Shown one piece after another: positions 1-11,212 of a stretch of DNA of 64,000 bases. The translations under genes were made by a program, and so were the position numbers. This DNA is from Promethearchaeia archaeon. GTDB taxonomy: Archaea > Asgardarchaeota > Lokiarchaeia > Sigyniarchaeales > SOKP01. Every line of letters starts with the position of its first letter. The first letter of the stretch is position 1. The stretch lies in assembly GCA_029856155.1 (NCBI GenBank), contig JAHQWL010000103.1, positions 1 through 64,000 of the forward strand. The letters are read 5' to 3'. The notes below the pieces were generated by a model that was not told the DNA's origin, did not search any database, and was given only the letters and a program-made list of their open reading frames with translations.

Positions 1-1752
1 GTTTAATACACTAATCGTTTCCATTATATCCATGTTTAAATCAAATTCAGTTATATTTTCAAACCCATAATCTGAACAATTAAACTGATATTCAAAATCA
101 ATATCAGGTTTATCAAAATAATAGTAGATATCAATATAATCAATATTTATCCAAGTGACATCATATAGTCCATTCTCTCCAGAATACATTGAAAGCTTCA
201 TTGATTTAATATATCCACCGGATTTCACATGGTTAAATATTGTTCCAGAAGTTAAACTGATATCACCTGAATAATAATGCTGGTTGACTGGAACAGATGC
301 TATTAATGTAGAGGAACTAGTACCGAAGTTATCGTAATAATATAATCTTAAATTAGATCCAGTATCTAATATATTAAGCCCCCATCCCGCTTCTGCCATC
401 ACCTCATAATAGATTCTAATTTCAGTAAGATATTGATGAATTGAGGAATCAAAGTTCTGATAATTACCCCACTGAATGAAAATTGTACCGGGAGTATATG
501 AATGAAGCCTATCAGCCTCAAGGAATAAATTAACGTTATCATTTTCTCTCAAAGCATTATTTACGTCGCCCTCCACTGTTCTTGGAGGGGATGTGCCCCA
601 AACTAGTCCCCGATAACCTAATATAGTATCCGCATGTTGTATATGGATTTGATTTCCATAACCTCCTCCAAAAATGGTTTCATCATATTTTCCATCATTT
701 CCCTTAATGTTATCCTTATCAAAAGATCCAGAAGAACCAATAGTTGTTTGTTTATCAATGTGACATTCTGGTATATCTATGGTGAAATATCTCAATTCTG
801 AAGAATAATTTGTTCCAAAAGTATCGTTTCCAAAAACTTGGATTGAATGAGTTCCATTATTAGGGAGATTTATCGCTGTATTTCCTTTTACTGTTTTATT
901 TGTTTGAAAATCAAGGGAATAGCCAATCCACTTTAAATTAGTAGAATTTTCAAAACTTAACAATAGTCCTTCATACAAGTTATCTCCAAGTTCATAATTG
1001 GAGTCCCATGAATATCCAACGGCATCAATATAGCAGTAATAATTTGATGGATCATAATTCATTCCAACATAGAAGCGGTCCATACTCTGTGGTGTGCCTT
1101 GATAATTATATGGGCCATACTGAGCTCCATTAATCCACAAATACCATTGCCCTGCTACATCAAATTGAACTTTCATATGATACCAAGTATCTGGTAAATA
1201 TTGAGCTATGTTATGTGCAGTACTATCATTGTATTGAATCCAAGTGCTAGATGTATAACTAGTAAGAATGTTGATATGTGCGCTATTATCTGCATCAGTT
1301 ATTAAAAACTGAACCACCTCGGTGTTGCTGTCTGAGCACCACCACCATTCAACTGTACCAGTTGTTTTATTATTATCAAAATAATTTAACACGTATGGAA
1401 AATCAGAATCACTTGTATCATAAAGCTCGATTACTTTAGTGTGTCCATCTAGTTCAGAAACTACATTTACCGTCCCTCCATCTTCACTTACAACCCAATT
1501 ATTAGGATTTTCTCCTACATTATCTTCATCAAAGGAATATGTAGCTGAATAATAACCACTCATAGCTGAAGTGTATGTCTTATTTTCAGGAGTAATAATT
1601 ATGATTTCACCCGCACTGGGTTGTAAAGGGGTTTTTTCTTGATTATTTATATCAGAGGAATAATTCTCAGAAGGTATAAAATCTGTGATGCTCACTAAAC
1701 AAAGGCTAAGAAAAATACCTAGCACTATATATATAATATTTTTATTTCTCAT
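1..1752 (-). CDS. Large secreted/surface protein, partial (runs off window), with beta-sandwich (LamG/ConA-like and Ig-like) segments
   Basis: Not in the ORF track; read manually. ATG at 1752 after GGTGA SD; N-terminus MRNKNIIYIVLGIFLSLCLVSITD is signal-peptide-like; then Y/W/N/S/T-rich sequence (TGTVEWW, DTWYHMKVQFD, GTHSIQVFGNDTFG). Confidence 0.75.
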   Translation of the reverse strand, partial: MRNKNIIYIVLGIFLSLCLVSITDFIPSENYSSDINNQEKTPLQPSAGEIIIITPENKTYTSAMSGYYSATYSFDEDNVGENPNNWVVSEDGGTVNVVSELDGHTKVIELYDTSDSDFPYVLNYFDNNKTTGTVEWWWCSDSNTEVVQFLITDADNSAHINILTSYTSSTWIQYNDSTAHNIAQYLPDTWYHMKVQFDVAGQWYLWINGAQYGPYNYQGTPQSMDRFYVGMNYDPSNYYCYIDAVGYSWDSNYELGDNLYEGLLLSFENSTNLKWIGYSLDFQTNKTVKGNTAINLPNNGTHSIQVFGNDTFGTNYSSELRYFTIDIPECHIDKQTTIGSSGSFDKDNIKGNDGKYDETIFGGGYGNQIHIQHADTILGYRGLVWGTSPPRTVEGDVNNALRENDNVNLFLEADRLHSYTPGTIFIQWGNYQNFDSSIHQYLTEIRIYYEVMAEAGWGLNILDTGSNLRLYYYDNFGTSSSTLIASVPVNQHYYSGDISLTSGTIFNHVKSGGYIKSMKLSMYSGENGLYDVTWINIDYIDIYYYFDKPDIDFEYQFNCSDYGFENITEFDLNMDIMETISVLN

Positions 1753-1921
1753 TAGATTCACCAAAAATTTTTATTAGAAACATATATTTAATTGACAATA
1801 TCGTTAAGATAAAATTCTTTTTTTTCCTAATATAAAATAATAAGGACCAAATTTCTACAAAAGAATAAAATAATTCACTTAATCGAAAAAGAGAATAATC
1901 GATTACGAATGATGAAACTGG

Positions 1922-3244
1922 TTAAATTTTTTTATCAGAATCTATACCATCATTTAAATATCGGGTTTTTTCTTCAGATATTCGCTTAGTTTCATCCATT
2001 AAATTATTATAAAGAGCAAAAAACTCCGAGCAAATACCAAGAGGTGAATTTAGCAGTTCAGTTTTTACAGCTTCATACTCTTTTTCATCTGGAAAAATAC
2101 TTTTCAGTTTATTCTCTATCTCTAATGGTATTTGTGCAAATTTCCCAGTTAATAATAGTGGTTGTTTTTTACTTTTAATAATTTTATAAGGAAAATTAGA
2201 AAAATATTTTTCAATCAATTCGAATGCCCCCACGTATTGAGATATATCCTTAACCGATTTTTTCAACTCTCGTTCGAATTTTTGCTCAAAATCTTGAGTA
2301 AATTGTACAACACATTCCCGTAATAATTTAGAGGTTTTAGATGCGACTAAACCAACTGTAATCAGTTTAGATTCATTTAAAATTAAAATTCCCTTTTCCA
2401 AATTAATGTCTAATAATCCCCCAACATTCATCACTTCTTCACTCATGAGTTGTACGGCATTTACAAAGCCTGTAAATATCTTTTCATCAATATGTAATTC
2501 AGTCCAATCATGATCAAATAGAGGAAAACCACTTCTATCTTTTACAGCAATTCTATAAATGGTGAATGGTAAAATATAAAGCAATTTTGGCTCTTTTAAA
2601 ATTATAATGATAAAAATTAGATTTCCAAAACCCATCATTAAATTTGAATAGATGATAAATATTGGATCCCAATAAAAAAACAAATAAATAATAAGAGAAC
2701 CTGGACCTGTAATTAAAATCCCAATAAAGAAGATCAATGCTTCTCTTTTAATTAAAAAAGGTGCACCTAACCAAGTTCTTAAACCCCAAATAAATAGAAT
2801 AATTACTCCCATAGTTTGAACCAAAACACCCATTATCTCTAATATTCCGACCCAATTAATATTTAGAGATCCCATTTGAATGTTTTTTTCTACTGTTCCT
2901 GGTTGAAATGCTAAATAACATATTATTGCCCCTAAACAACAAATTATAATCAAACTTATAGAATTAAAAGATTCTGTTGATATGTAATTTACACCTATTA
3001 TGAGAGACGTAATAGAAATGAATAGAATAATAGCATTGACTCTTGATAAAATTGTATTCAGAAAAAGAATTGTCATACCATCAACATAAAAAAATATAGC
3101 CATAATAAAAATTCCCAATCGTATAAAAAATAATGATTTAATTTTTTTTGTTTTAGGCTCAAGATATGATAATATTGATGCTATTAAAAGAATCGTCGCA
3201 ACAGCTAAATCTACTATACCTTCAAATGTCCAATTTAAATCCAT
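1922..3244 (-). CDS. Multi-pass (~7 TM) membrane protein fused to a cytoplasmic longin/roadblock-like domain
   Basis: About 7 hydrophobic segments in aa 1-220, then IAVKDRSGFPLF...DEKIFTGFVNAVQLMSEEV...VQFTQDFEQKF, typical of Asgard longin-like domains; GGAGG SD. Confidence 0.7.
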   Translation of the reverse strand: MDLNWTFEGIVDLAVATILLIASILSYLEPKTKKIKSLFFIRLGIFIMAIFFYVDGMTILFLNTILSRVNAIILFISITSLIIGVNYISTESFNSISLIIICCLGAIICYLAFQPGTVEKNIQMGSLNINWVGILEIMGVLVQTMGVIILFIWGLRTWLGAPFLIKREALIFFIGILITGPGSLIIYLFFYWDPIFIIYSNLMMGFGNLIFIIIILKEPKLLYILPFTIYRIAVKDRSGFPLFDHDWTELHIDEKIFTGFVNAVQLMSEEVMNVGGLLDINLEKGILILNESKLITVGLVASKTSKLLRECVVQFTQDFEQKFERELKKSVKDISQYVGAFELIEKYFSNFPYKIIKSKKQPLLLTGKFAQIPLEIENKLKSIFPDEKEYEAVKTELLNSPLGICSEFFALYNNLMDETKRISEEKTRYLNDGIDSDKKI

Positions 3245-3292
3245 CTTTCTTTTAACCTCCCTGATCTAAATTTATTTCACATAATTAAAACT

Positions 3293-4015
3293 TCAATTTT
3301 TTGAATTAAAATCTATTCTTTTTGATATCTGAATAATCTTGTTTTTTTGATTTGGATTTAAATATACAAAATTATCAAATTCTTCTTTTACTATTATTAA
3401 TTTATGTTCAATTAGATTGTTAATTCGATAATATACGTTTTCTCTTTTTTCATTAATTTGTTTATAAATTTCCGACTGTTTAATTGATTCTTTTTCAATC
3501 AAAGTATTTAATATTTTTCTATTAATTTTATCCTTTTGTAAGAAATTTATTTTACCCAATTCTTCATCCATTTCAAACGGTAAGAAGACAGAAAAATTTC
3601 CAATTTTTACTTTTTTTATATATCTGAATTTTAATAACATCTCTAAATGCCAAATTAATTGACCGGAACTCCCTGAATTATCAGGATGATCGGCTATTAC
3701 ATTTTTTCTTATCATTGAAAAATGAGATCCACCAGTTCTTTTAATAAATCGAAAAATGTTATACCTTAGTCTATTTGAAAATAAAGTTTCCTTAGAAAAT
3801 TTAGAACCTTCAATTAATATCTTTTTATTCAGTAAAAAATGGATAATTGATAATAATCCTCTTTTAGGTATCTTTAAACGCTTTTTTGCTAAATTATATA
3901 AATTCTCAACATTAAGCACTTTATTTTTATTCAGGATTTCTTCAGCTATCTCTAAAACTTTCTTTACACTGGGATGTTCTAACCCGAGTGTTTTAGTTAT
4001 AACCTTAGGTTTCAT
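3293..4015 (-). CDS. Multi winged-helix (ArsR/MarR-like) transcriptional regulator
   Basis: wHTH-like motifs GQLIWHLEMLLKFRYI and ENVYYRINNLIEHKLI. Confidence 0.7.
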   Translation of the reverse strand: MKPKVITKTLGLEHPSVKKVLEIAEEILNKNKVLNVENLYNLAKKRLKIPKRGLLSIIHFLLNKKILIEGSKFSKETLFSNRLRYNIFRFIKRTGGSHFSMIRKNVIADHPDNSGSSGQLIWHLEMLLKFRYIKKVKIGNFSVFLPFEMDEELGKINFLQKDKINRKILNTLIEKESIKQSEIYKQINEKRENVYYRINNLIEHKLIIVKEEFDNFVYLNPNQKNKIIQISKRIDFNSKN

Positions 4016-4050
4016 ATTAGAGATACCCTAATTGAGTTTATGAAATAATT

Positions 4051-4419
4051 TTAAGTGTCGTTCTGCATAAGGGATTTTTTACATAATTCTTTTATTATAT
4101 CGTTAAAAAGGTTCAAAAATTCTGAAAATGTTCCTTTAGGGGCTTTTAGAATTTCATTTTTTATTAATTTCTTAAAATTGGCTTCTTTAATACTTCTATC
4201 AAGAATTCTATAAAGATTCTTTCTTAATAAATATAGGTATAAATAATCTCTAAAAAGGTATGGTTTAGATAGAATATATAATTTTTTAGAAAGCGTAAAT
4301 AAGGTGAACTTTTTTTTGTTTATAATTTCAATCCTTTTTTTATACTTTAAGATTAAATATTCTATTATTTCTTTAGTTTTACCTTGTTTTTCAATGTCTT
4401 TTTTTATTTCTAAAGGCAT
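4051..4419 (-). CDS. Hypothetical K/L/I-rich protein
   Basis: ORF fills the gap between two same-strand genes; no motif recognised. Confidence 0.3.
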   Translation of the reverse strand: MPLEIKKDIEKQGKTKEIIEYLILKYKKRIEIINKKKFTLFTLSKKLYILSKPYLFRDYLYLYLLRKNLYRILDRSIKEANFKKLIKNEILKAPKGTFSEFLNLFNDIIKELCKKSLMQNDT

Positions 4420-4512
4420 TTTAAAGAGAATTCAATTAGAAAAAATACTTAGAAGAAATTAATTAAGTTATCCCTATAAAATCATATAGACCAAAATTCT
4501 ACAAAAAGCAAA

Positions 4513-5418
4513 TTATTTTATACTTTTTATAAGACAAAAGTAAAATCCAATGGTATCATGAATATAAGGGTATAACCGTTGAGAGAACTTCAAATCCTCT
4601 CTTAAGTATGTTCCAAAGACCTCAGTTAATCCATTAACACCATATTTTTCAGAAATTTCAATTATAGCGAAATTATTCAACTCATTTAAGACATCATTAA
4701 TAACTAGCTCATTTTCTTCAGGAGCAATTGAACATGTACAATACAATAATTTTCCTCCTGTTTTGAGAGCAATTAATCCTGATTTTAATAATTTTTTTTG
4801 GATTAAAGCCAATTTTTCAATATCTCTCATCTTCTTACTTCTTTTTCTATCTGGATCTTGTCTTATCAATCCTTCACCTGTACATGGAGCATCTAACAAA
4901 ATTTTCTCAACTTTAATATTTAATTCTGATAAATTAACAGCATCCATATTAAGAACAAATGAATTAATAATTCCCATTCTTCTTAAATTGACTTCTAAAG
5001 CGGGAATTCGATTTTGATTTTTATCAATTAAAATAAGTGTGCCTTCATTTCCCATTAGTTGAGCTAAGTGTGTTGATTTACTTCCTGGAGCTGCACACAT
5101 GTCAATTATAGTATCATTTGGTTTAGGATCGAGAATAATAGCTGAAAGCATTGAAGCAACATTTTGTAAATAATAATAACCTTGTAGAAATTCATGAGAG
5201 GATCCCAAATTGGACCCTTCTTTGACGACATTAAACCCGTAAGGAACCCATTCAATTGGTTCTAACTCATTTCCTTTCTTTTCAAGTCGTTTTCTTAAAT
5301 CTGAAGCCGATATTTTAAGAGTATTGACTCGAATTGAAGGTAATAATGGACGTTCATTTGTTTCTAATAATCTTAATGTTTCATCTAATCCTAAGAATTG
5401 TATATACCTTTCTATCAT
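4513..5418 (-). CDS. RsmB/NOP2 (NOL1/sun) family RNA m5C methyltransferase
   Basis: DMCAAPGSKS SAM motif, ILLDAPCTGEG and YCTCS catalytic Cys motifs; frame open upstream to 5481. Confidence 0.93.
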   Translation of the reverse strand: MIERYIQFLGLDETLRLLETNERPLLPSIRVNTLKISASDLRKRLEKKGNELEPIEWVPYGFNVVKEGSNLGSSHEFLQGYYYLQNVASMLSAIILDPKPNDTIIDMCAAPGSKSTHLAQLMGNEGTLILIDKNQNRIPALEVNLRRMGIINSFVLNMDAVNLSELNIKVEKILLDAPCTGEGLIRQDPDRKRSKKMRDIEKLALIQKKLLKSGLIALKTGGKLLYCTCSIAPEENELVINDVLNELNNFAIIEISEKYGVNGLTEVFGTYLREDLKFSQRLYPYIHDTIGFYFCLIKSIK

Positions 5419-5560
5419 ATAAGGGAGATATCTATATTTTTCAGCGAGTTTTCTAACAGTATTAAGTGATTCCGAAATAATTAGATCAACTCTTGTTCAA
5501 TCCATTAATACTAATAAAAAATAGTGAATTATAATTGTTATCAGAAAGGAAATAATTGGT

Positions 5561-6172
5561 ATGATTGAAGTAGAAATAAAAGTTAGAATCTTAGATCCAA
5601 AAATAATAAAAAACAAATTTGAAGAAAATAAGGGTGTATACAAGTTATCTTTACTGCATGAAGATACCTATTTTAATATGCCAAAAGGATTACGAGATTT
5701 TAAAAAAACAGATGAAGCCTTAAGATTAAGAAGAAGTATAGAATTTAATAAAAAAGAACTGACAAGTGAGCAAAGAATCAATCATTATATTACTTATAAA
5801 GGCAAAAAATTAGATGGTTCTACAAAAACTCGTGAAGAGATAGATATTAAGATTGAAGATATTAATAGAATGAAGAATTTATTAAGAGAATTAGGCTTCC
5901 AAGAGGTTCTTACTATTAAAAAGGAAAGAGATTTGTATGAATTTGAATTTAAATCTTTGCATATAGAAGCATTAATTGACTATTTACCAATATTAGATCA
6001 ACATTTTATAGAAGTTGAGTGTTTATTAAAAACTTCTGAAAATATTGAAGCCTCTAAAGAAGTTTTATTCGACTTCTTAAGTTTATTTGGAATTAAGAAG
6101 GAAGATTCTATACGGCAATCATACTTAGAACTAATTGCTGATAAGCTTAAAAACAATTTAAAGAAAAAATGA
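5561..6172 (+). CDS. cyaB: CYTH-domain class IV adenylate cyclase-like protein
   Basis: N-terminal EVEIK (ExExK), DTYF, ALRLR, TYKG, FIEVE. Confidence 0.88.
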   Translation: MIEVEIKVRILDPKIIKNKFEENKGVYKLSLLHEDTYFNMPKGLRDFKKTDEALRLRRSIEFNKKELTSEQRINHYITYKGKKLDGSTKTREEIDIKIEDINRMKNLLRELGFQEVLTIKKERDLYEFEFKSLHIEALIDYLPILDQHFIEVECLLKTSENIEASKEVLFDFLSLFGIKKEDSIRQSYLELIADKLKNNLKKK

Positions 6173-6234
6173 GTATATTCAAAAGAATATACTCATTTAG
6201 GAAATGGAAAAGATATAATCTTGATTTTTAGTTT

Positions 6235-6423
6235 TTATTTAGTTAGTAATTTATCTAGAAATGCTATTTTTTTATCTATTTCGTGCTTAACCTTGTAAAT
6301 ATCATAATTCTCATATATAGTTTTTATAAGATTTTTCTGAATAGATTCTGAATTTTTGGATATGTCTTGAACTAAATCCAAAAATTCATAATAGTTTGTA
6401 TCTATTCTTATTTTAGCTTCCAT
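6235..6423 (-). CDS. Small hypothetical protein
   Basis: 62 aa ORF with GTGAG SD-like element. Confidence 0.5.
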   Translation of the reverse strand: MEAKIRIDTNYYEFLDLVQDISKNSESIQKNLIKTIYENYDIYKVKHEIDKKIAFLDKLLTK

Positions 6424-6564
6424 AATATCTCACTGTTTTACCACTAAATAGAATAAGAATAAAAAAGAATAAAAATAAAATGGGGTCCAATTTTTAAAAT
6501 TAAATTCTTAGTTCAAATCTATTGAAGAAATTACTCCTCAATAAATAGATGCAATTTCTTTTAA

Positions 6565-6843
6565 TTATTTCTTTAAATCTTTATACTGCCCATCTAATAT
6601 TTGTGCGACATAGCGTCGCCCTTTTATAATCCACATAATCTTATGACCCTCTCTTGCTTTTTTACCCCATTCTGATTTTTTATTGCGATTTTGTTCTATA
6701 TATCGATATCCAAAAAGATCCACATATTTTATACCACTTGCAAATTTTTTAATTGGGTATTCAATGTCATCAATTTCAATACTTTTTTTCTGTTCAAATA
6801 TAGCATTAAAAATTTTCAATCCATTTTCTTTTATATTTTCCAT
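6565..6843 (-). CDS. Hypothetical protein, translationally coupled to the HD protein
   Basis: GGGTGA SD; overlaps the 3' end of the upstream gene. Confidence 0.65.
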   Translation of the reverse strand: MENIKENGLKIFNAIFEQKKSIEIDDIEYPIKKFASGIKYVDLFGYRYIEQNRNKKSEWGKKAREGHKIMWIIKGRRYVAQILDGQYKDLKK

Positions 6844-8333
6844 ATTTTTGAATCACCCTTAATAATTATAGTATCTTGCGCTATAATTTTTTCCTTCTGT
6901 TGTTTTTTGTCTTTCAAAATTTCAACATCTTGAAGATTAATCGTAGTCTTAGGAAACATTTCTCCACTATCTAACCTACCAAATGTTTTTTTCTTATCGT
7001 TTGAAAATAAATTGAAATTAAATTCCATGAGAGCTTTAGCTTGTTGATTTTTAAATTTCATTAACCAAGAAAATTCATCTAAACTTAGTAAAAGTTCATC
7101 TAATAGCGTAACTTTTTTCAATTCGGTTGTAAAATATGTATCACGAACTTGTATAGGAATTGGTCTGCCCCACTCCTGCAATTCATCTATTAGCATTAAA
7201 AAAAAAGCTAATGGTTGTTCTTCAAAAACATAATCTTTAAGCTGGGCTTTAAAATTATGTAATGCGATTGCCCTCGCTGCTAAAATATATCCAATATAAT
7301 CATCATTATTTTTAATTTCTTGCGGAGTTCCAAGCCCCTTTAAAAGAGAAAGAGCAGAAATAACGCCATGATCTAATTCAACCGGATCTTTATATTGATA
7401 TTCGGGATGACCATTTGGTTGAGTTAAGAAAATTTGAGTATCTTGAGCAGATAATTTCTGATACTTAAATCCTGCACCTTTTCTTATTAAAGTCCGTGCT
7501 TCTTTAGAAAGTCCTTCTTCTAAAATCTTAAGGTATTCTTCTTGTTGACCGTTCCAAGCTAAACTAATTTCAAAAGGAATAAATTCTAAATCAATAGTAG
7601 GATAGCATTTTAAAAGTTGGTTAACAAGGGAATAGTTTACTGCTGTTGTCATTTTTCCTAAAGGATAACCAATATCATGGATGAGTCCTGTGATCCACCA
7701 AAATTTATCCTTTAACAAATTTTTGTCTAGCTCTGTTAATTCAGAAATCAATCCTTCTAAAGATCCTTGTCCTAAATCTTGTTCTAAGAGAAAATCACCT
7801 AATACAGCTACACGAAGAGCATGTTCAGTATGATCTCGATAATATTTTCTCACGCTAGTACTATAAAGAAATGCCTCAAGGTCTGGTAAAGCCCGTATTA
7901 GATATAATAACCCTTCAGATTCAATTCCCCTTTCTTTAGATACGTCAAAAAGAGCAGTAGATAGATCTTTTTTCTTACCCGTTATAAAGTCCAAATCAAG
8001 ATCTATACCCCCAATATCCTTTAACGATTTTTTAATATGTTTCTCAATTGGTTTTTTAATCCCACTAAGAATTTTCGTTGTAAAACTTGAAATACCTTTT
8101 CCTAAAAATCCTAACTTATCCAATTCTTTTTGTGCTTCGCTTAAATCTTTATCGATATCTTTGAACGATACCATATTTTTATCTTTTTTGAACTCTTCAA
8201 GAGCTTCAGGATTTACTTCCTCTAAAGTTTTTTCTATGGAATTCATTAAATTAGAAAGCCATTGACTAAAACTTTTACTTTGACCCGAAATGCGATTTAA
8301 TATCCAATCATCATCAATCCGATAATCTTTCAA
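6831..8333 (-). CDS. HD-superfamily metal-dependent phosphohydrolase
   Basis: DHTEHALRV, LIHDIG, DHG, ALHN and DELQEW motifs. Confidence 0.75.
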   Translation of the reverse strand: MKDYRIDDDWILNRISGQSKSFSQWLSNLMNSIEKTLEEVNPEALEEFKKDKNMVSFKDIDKDLSEAQKELDKLGFLGKGISSFTTKILSGIKKPIEKHIKKSLKDIGGIDLDLDFITGKKKDLSTALFDVSKERGIESEGLLYLIRALPDLEAFLYSTSVRKYYRDHTEHALRVAVLGDFLLEQDLGQGSLEGLISELTELDKNLLKDKFWWITGLIHDIGYPLGKMTTAVNYSLVNQLLKCYPTIDLEFIPFEISLAWNGQQEEYLKILEEGLSKEARTLIRKGAGFKYQKLSAQDTQIFLTQPNGHPEYQYKDPVELDHGVISALSLLKGLGTPQEIKNNDDYIGYILAARAIALHNFKAQLKDYVFEEQPLAFFLMLIDELQEWGRPIPIQVRDTYFTTELKKVTLLDELLLSLDEFSWLMKFKNQQAKALMEFNFNLFSNDKKKTFGRLDSGEMFPKTTINLQDVEILKDKKQQKEKIIAQDTIIIKGDSKIWKI

Positions 8334-8584
8334 TTCAAATCCTCTTAATTTTGTTTAACTTACATAATAGGTACTTACGATTTTTAAATGTAATAATATT
8401 TGTTGATTCACAATATTAAATAATTTTTATTATTATCTTTTAAATCCTATTTAGTCTAAAAATTTAAATGTATGTTAAGCTATTTTAAACCAAATAAAGA
8501 AAACAAAGAAATTAATTTCTTAAAAGGGTTTGTTTAAGTACATCTAATTTTACATAATAAAACATCTTAAAACTGAAGTGCCCT

Positions 8585-9958
8585 ATGGTTTATTTTGAAA
8601 TTAATAGATTAGGATTTAATTGCGGGAAAATTAAGGAAAAGTGTTCTAAATACCCCAAATTCTGTATGACTTGTATAAAAAATAAATTAAAACAACTTGG
8701 TTTTGAGATAGATTCGAATTTAAAAGTATTTGAAGTTGAATCTGATGAACGTCGTATTAAGATGGAACAGGAATTAATCTTGCGAAAATTTTCAGATGTC
8801 CTCAATATAAGACATGTGATAATTATCGATAAAGAATCAGGGTTAACTCTACTTAACTATCCTGTTTCAGGGGAAGAAATTAATGCAGATTTGTTGAGTG
8901 GATTCATTCAAGCAAATATTACATTTTCTGAGTCCCATGAAGTTTCATATAAGTCTTCACAATCGACAAGAAATCATAAGTATTATGAATTTCAATATAA
9001 AAACTTCAATATCCTCTTAAGAGATGGAGAATTTATTAGACTCTGCTTAATGCTTGATAATAAAGCTTCTGAAAATATGAGAACTCAAGTTTTCCACTTT
9101 ATTCCCGATTTTGAAGAAAATTTCCAACAAGAATTAATTAATTTTAGAACTGCTGGGATGTTTTATTTTAAAAATATGGTTGATTACATCATTGATTCAT
9201 TTGAAATTAAGTTAGTTTTTCCCATGACTTTGACTCAATCGATCGCTCCAAATATTTTGGAAGGTATCAATCAAAATCAAATTCAAAATGCTATTTTTAA
9301 TATTGCTAAGGAATTACTTGTTTCAAAATCCTTCTTTTTTATTAACAATTTACTAAATCGAGTAAAGAGAATCGTTAATTTAGATGCGAATGTTATTTTA
9401 TATGAGATATATCAATTAGTAGAAAATAAAATCATAATTCCTACAAAACTAGAAGCAGCTGTGAGTAATTTAGAAATGCTTCAAGAAGCTCAAGAAGAGA
9501 AGGTTGCAAAATATAAGCCCATTTCGTCTATAATTATTACAGATTCAGATTTTGGAGAACTACAAGAGCAAATAGAAGAAATGGATGAAAATTCTGCAAT
9601 TAATATGATTAGATACCTAATCAAAAAAGGTAAAGCGGCTGAGAAGGTTCTAGCTTATCAAATAGGAGAAAAAGAATATCAGAAAGCTCTATTTCTAGCA
9701 AAAGAATTTAATTTTAAAAATGAAATTGATCGGATCTCAGACATCTTGTTAGAATTAGATAAACAAGTTAAACAAATAGAACTGGACTTTAATATTAAAG
9801 CAGGAGAAAATGCTGAAAAAAGCGGTGATTACATTAGTAGCATTCAGCACTATCAAAAAGCGTTAAAAATTCTCGAAGGTTTTTTAATATATAATATCTC
9901 TGATTCTCGAATTAAAAAATTGAAAAAGAAGATTATTAAACTCCGTGAAGAAGTATAA
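8585..9958 (+). CDS. Longin-like domain protein with C-terminal TPR-like helices
   Basis: IRHVIIIDKESGLTLL...ADLLSGFIQANITFS; C-terminal AENAEKSGDYISSIQHYQKAL. Confidence 0.65.
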   Translation: MVYFEINRLGFNCGKIKEKCSKYPKFCMTCIKNKLKQLGFEIDSNLKVFEVESDERRIKMEQELILRKFSDVLNIRHVIIIDKESGLTLLNYPVSGEEINADLLSGFIQANITFSESHEVSYKSSQSTRNHKYYEFQYKNFNILLRDGEFIRLCLMLDNKASENMRTQVFHFIPDFEENFQQELINFRTAGMFYFKNMVDYIIDSFEIKLVFPMTLTQSIAPNILEGINQNQIQNAIFNIAKELLVSKSFFFINNLLNRVKRIVNLDANVILYEIYQLVENKIIIPTKLEAAVSNLEMLQEAQEEKVAKYKPISSIIITDSDFGELQEQIEEMDENSAINMIRYLIKKGKAAEKVLAYQIGEKEYQKALFLAKEFNFKNEIDRISDILLELDKQVKQIELDFNIKAGENAEKSGDYISSIQHYQKALKILEGFLIYNISDSRIKKLKKKIIKLREEV

Positions 9959-9967
9959 ATAATTAGA

Positions 9968-11104
9968 TTAATCTACATCCAATCTCACGACATCATGATG
10001 ACATACTGATAATGAAGATTTAGGGGGAGCAATTAGACTCACATTATCTAAAACCTCCACAAAAGAAGAAAGAATCACTAAGTTCTCATTATTTCCAACT
10101 AGCTGGACTCCATCATGAAGTAGACAATTATCAGCTATTATAGCCTTTTCACATTTAACATTCTCGGAAAGATAAGCTTCATTATAAATCAATGTATCTT
10201 TAATTTCTGTATATGCTCCGATATATACATTATCTCCAATTATTACATTTGGTCCGATTTGACAATTTTTTCTGATAATAACGTTTTCTCCAATAGCAAC
10301 GGGAGGTTTTAATAAAACTTTACCCTCAACATCTAAATTCCCACCAATTAGATTTTCATTATTTGATTTTTGGTTTTTTAATATATCATTCATTAATTGA
10401 ACATTCCCTTCCAATAATTCTTCTGGTTTGCCAATATCCTTCCAAATGCCCGGTATTGAATAATGATATAATTTATTTTCTCTCGCGAGATGTGGAAAAA
10501 CATTCCTTTCAATTGATACTTTCTTTTGAGGTTTAATATATTGAAAAACTTCGGGTTCTAAAAGATACACACCCGCATTGATAGGCATCGGGATATGCTT
10601 TCCCTCGGAGGGCTTATATTCTTCTTTTTCAAGAAATTTTAATATTTTATTTGTCTCTTTTTCTACAATTAAAACACCATATCTTGATGGATCAGTAATT
10701 ATCTTACTTCCAATTAAGCCTACTCCTTTATGCTTTTCATGAGCTTTGATCATTTCTTTAAAATCAAAATTTATTATGATATCCCCATTCAACATAAAAA
10801 AGTTTTCATCTTTTAGGTAATCTTCAGCTAGCTTTATTGCTCCAGCAGTTCCTAAGGGATTTTTTTCATCGCTATATTTTATATTTACTCCAAGTTTCTC
10901 TCCCTTCCCAAAATAATTTTTAAGTACATTAGACATTACACTAACAGCTAAGATTATTTCATTAATCCCCGCAGTTTTTAATAACAAGATTTGCCTTTCT
11001 ATCACTGGTTTATTAACCACAGGAATCAAACTCTTAGGGATTGTACAAGTTAAAGGACGTAAACGGGTTCCCCAGCCTCCAGATACAATTATTCCTTTTG
11101 TCAT
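9968..11104 (-). CDS. NDP-sugar synthase (mannose-1-phosphate guanylyltransferase-like)
   Basis: GGWGTRLRPLT...PK, PLGTAG, NGD, WKDIG; C-terminal hexapeptide repeats. Confidence 0.9.
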   Translation of the reverse strand: MTKGIIVSGGWGTRLRPLTCTIPKSLIPVVNKPVIERQILLLKTAGINEIILAVSVMSNVLKNYFGKGEKLGVNIKYSDEKNPLGTAGAIKLAEDYLKDENFFMLNGDIIINFDFKEMIKAHEKHKGVGLIGSKIITDPSRYGVLIVEKETNKILKFLEKEEYKPSEGKHIPMPINAGVYLLEPEVFQYIKPQKKVSIERNVFPHLARENKLYHYSIPGIWKDIGKPEELLEGNVQLMNDILKNQKSNNENLIGGNLDVEGKVLLKPPVAIGENVIIRKNCQIGPNVIIGDNVYIGAYTEIKDTLIYNEAYLSENVKCEKAIIADNCLLHDGVQLVGNNENLVILSSFVEVLDNVSLIAPPKSSLSVCHHDVVRLDVD

Positions 11105-11212
11105 TTTAATAATTTAGTGAATTTATAGAAATATTGTTTTCTAAGATATTTTTAAGGAATTAACACAGAAATTAAAATTTATTTAATACTCACCTAAAGG
11201 AATAAAAGAAGT

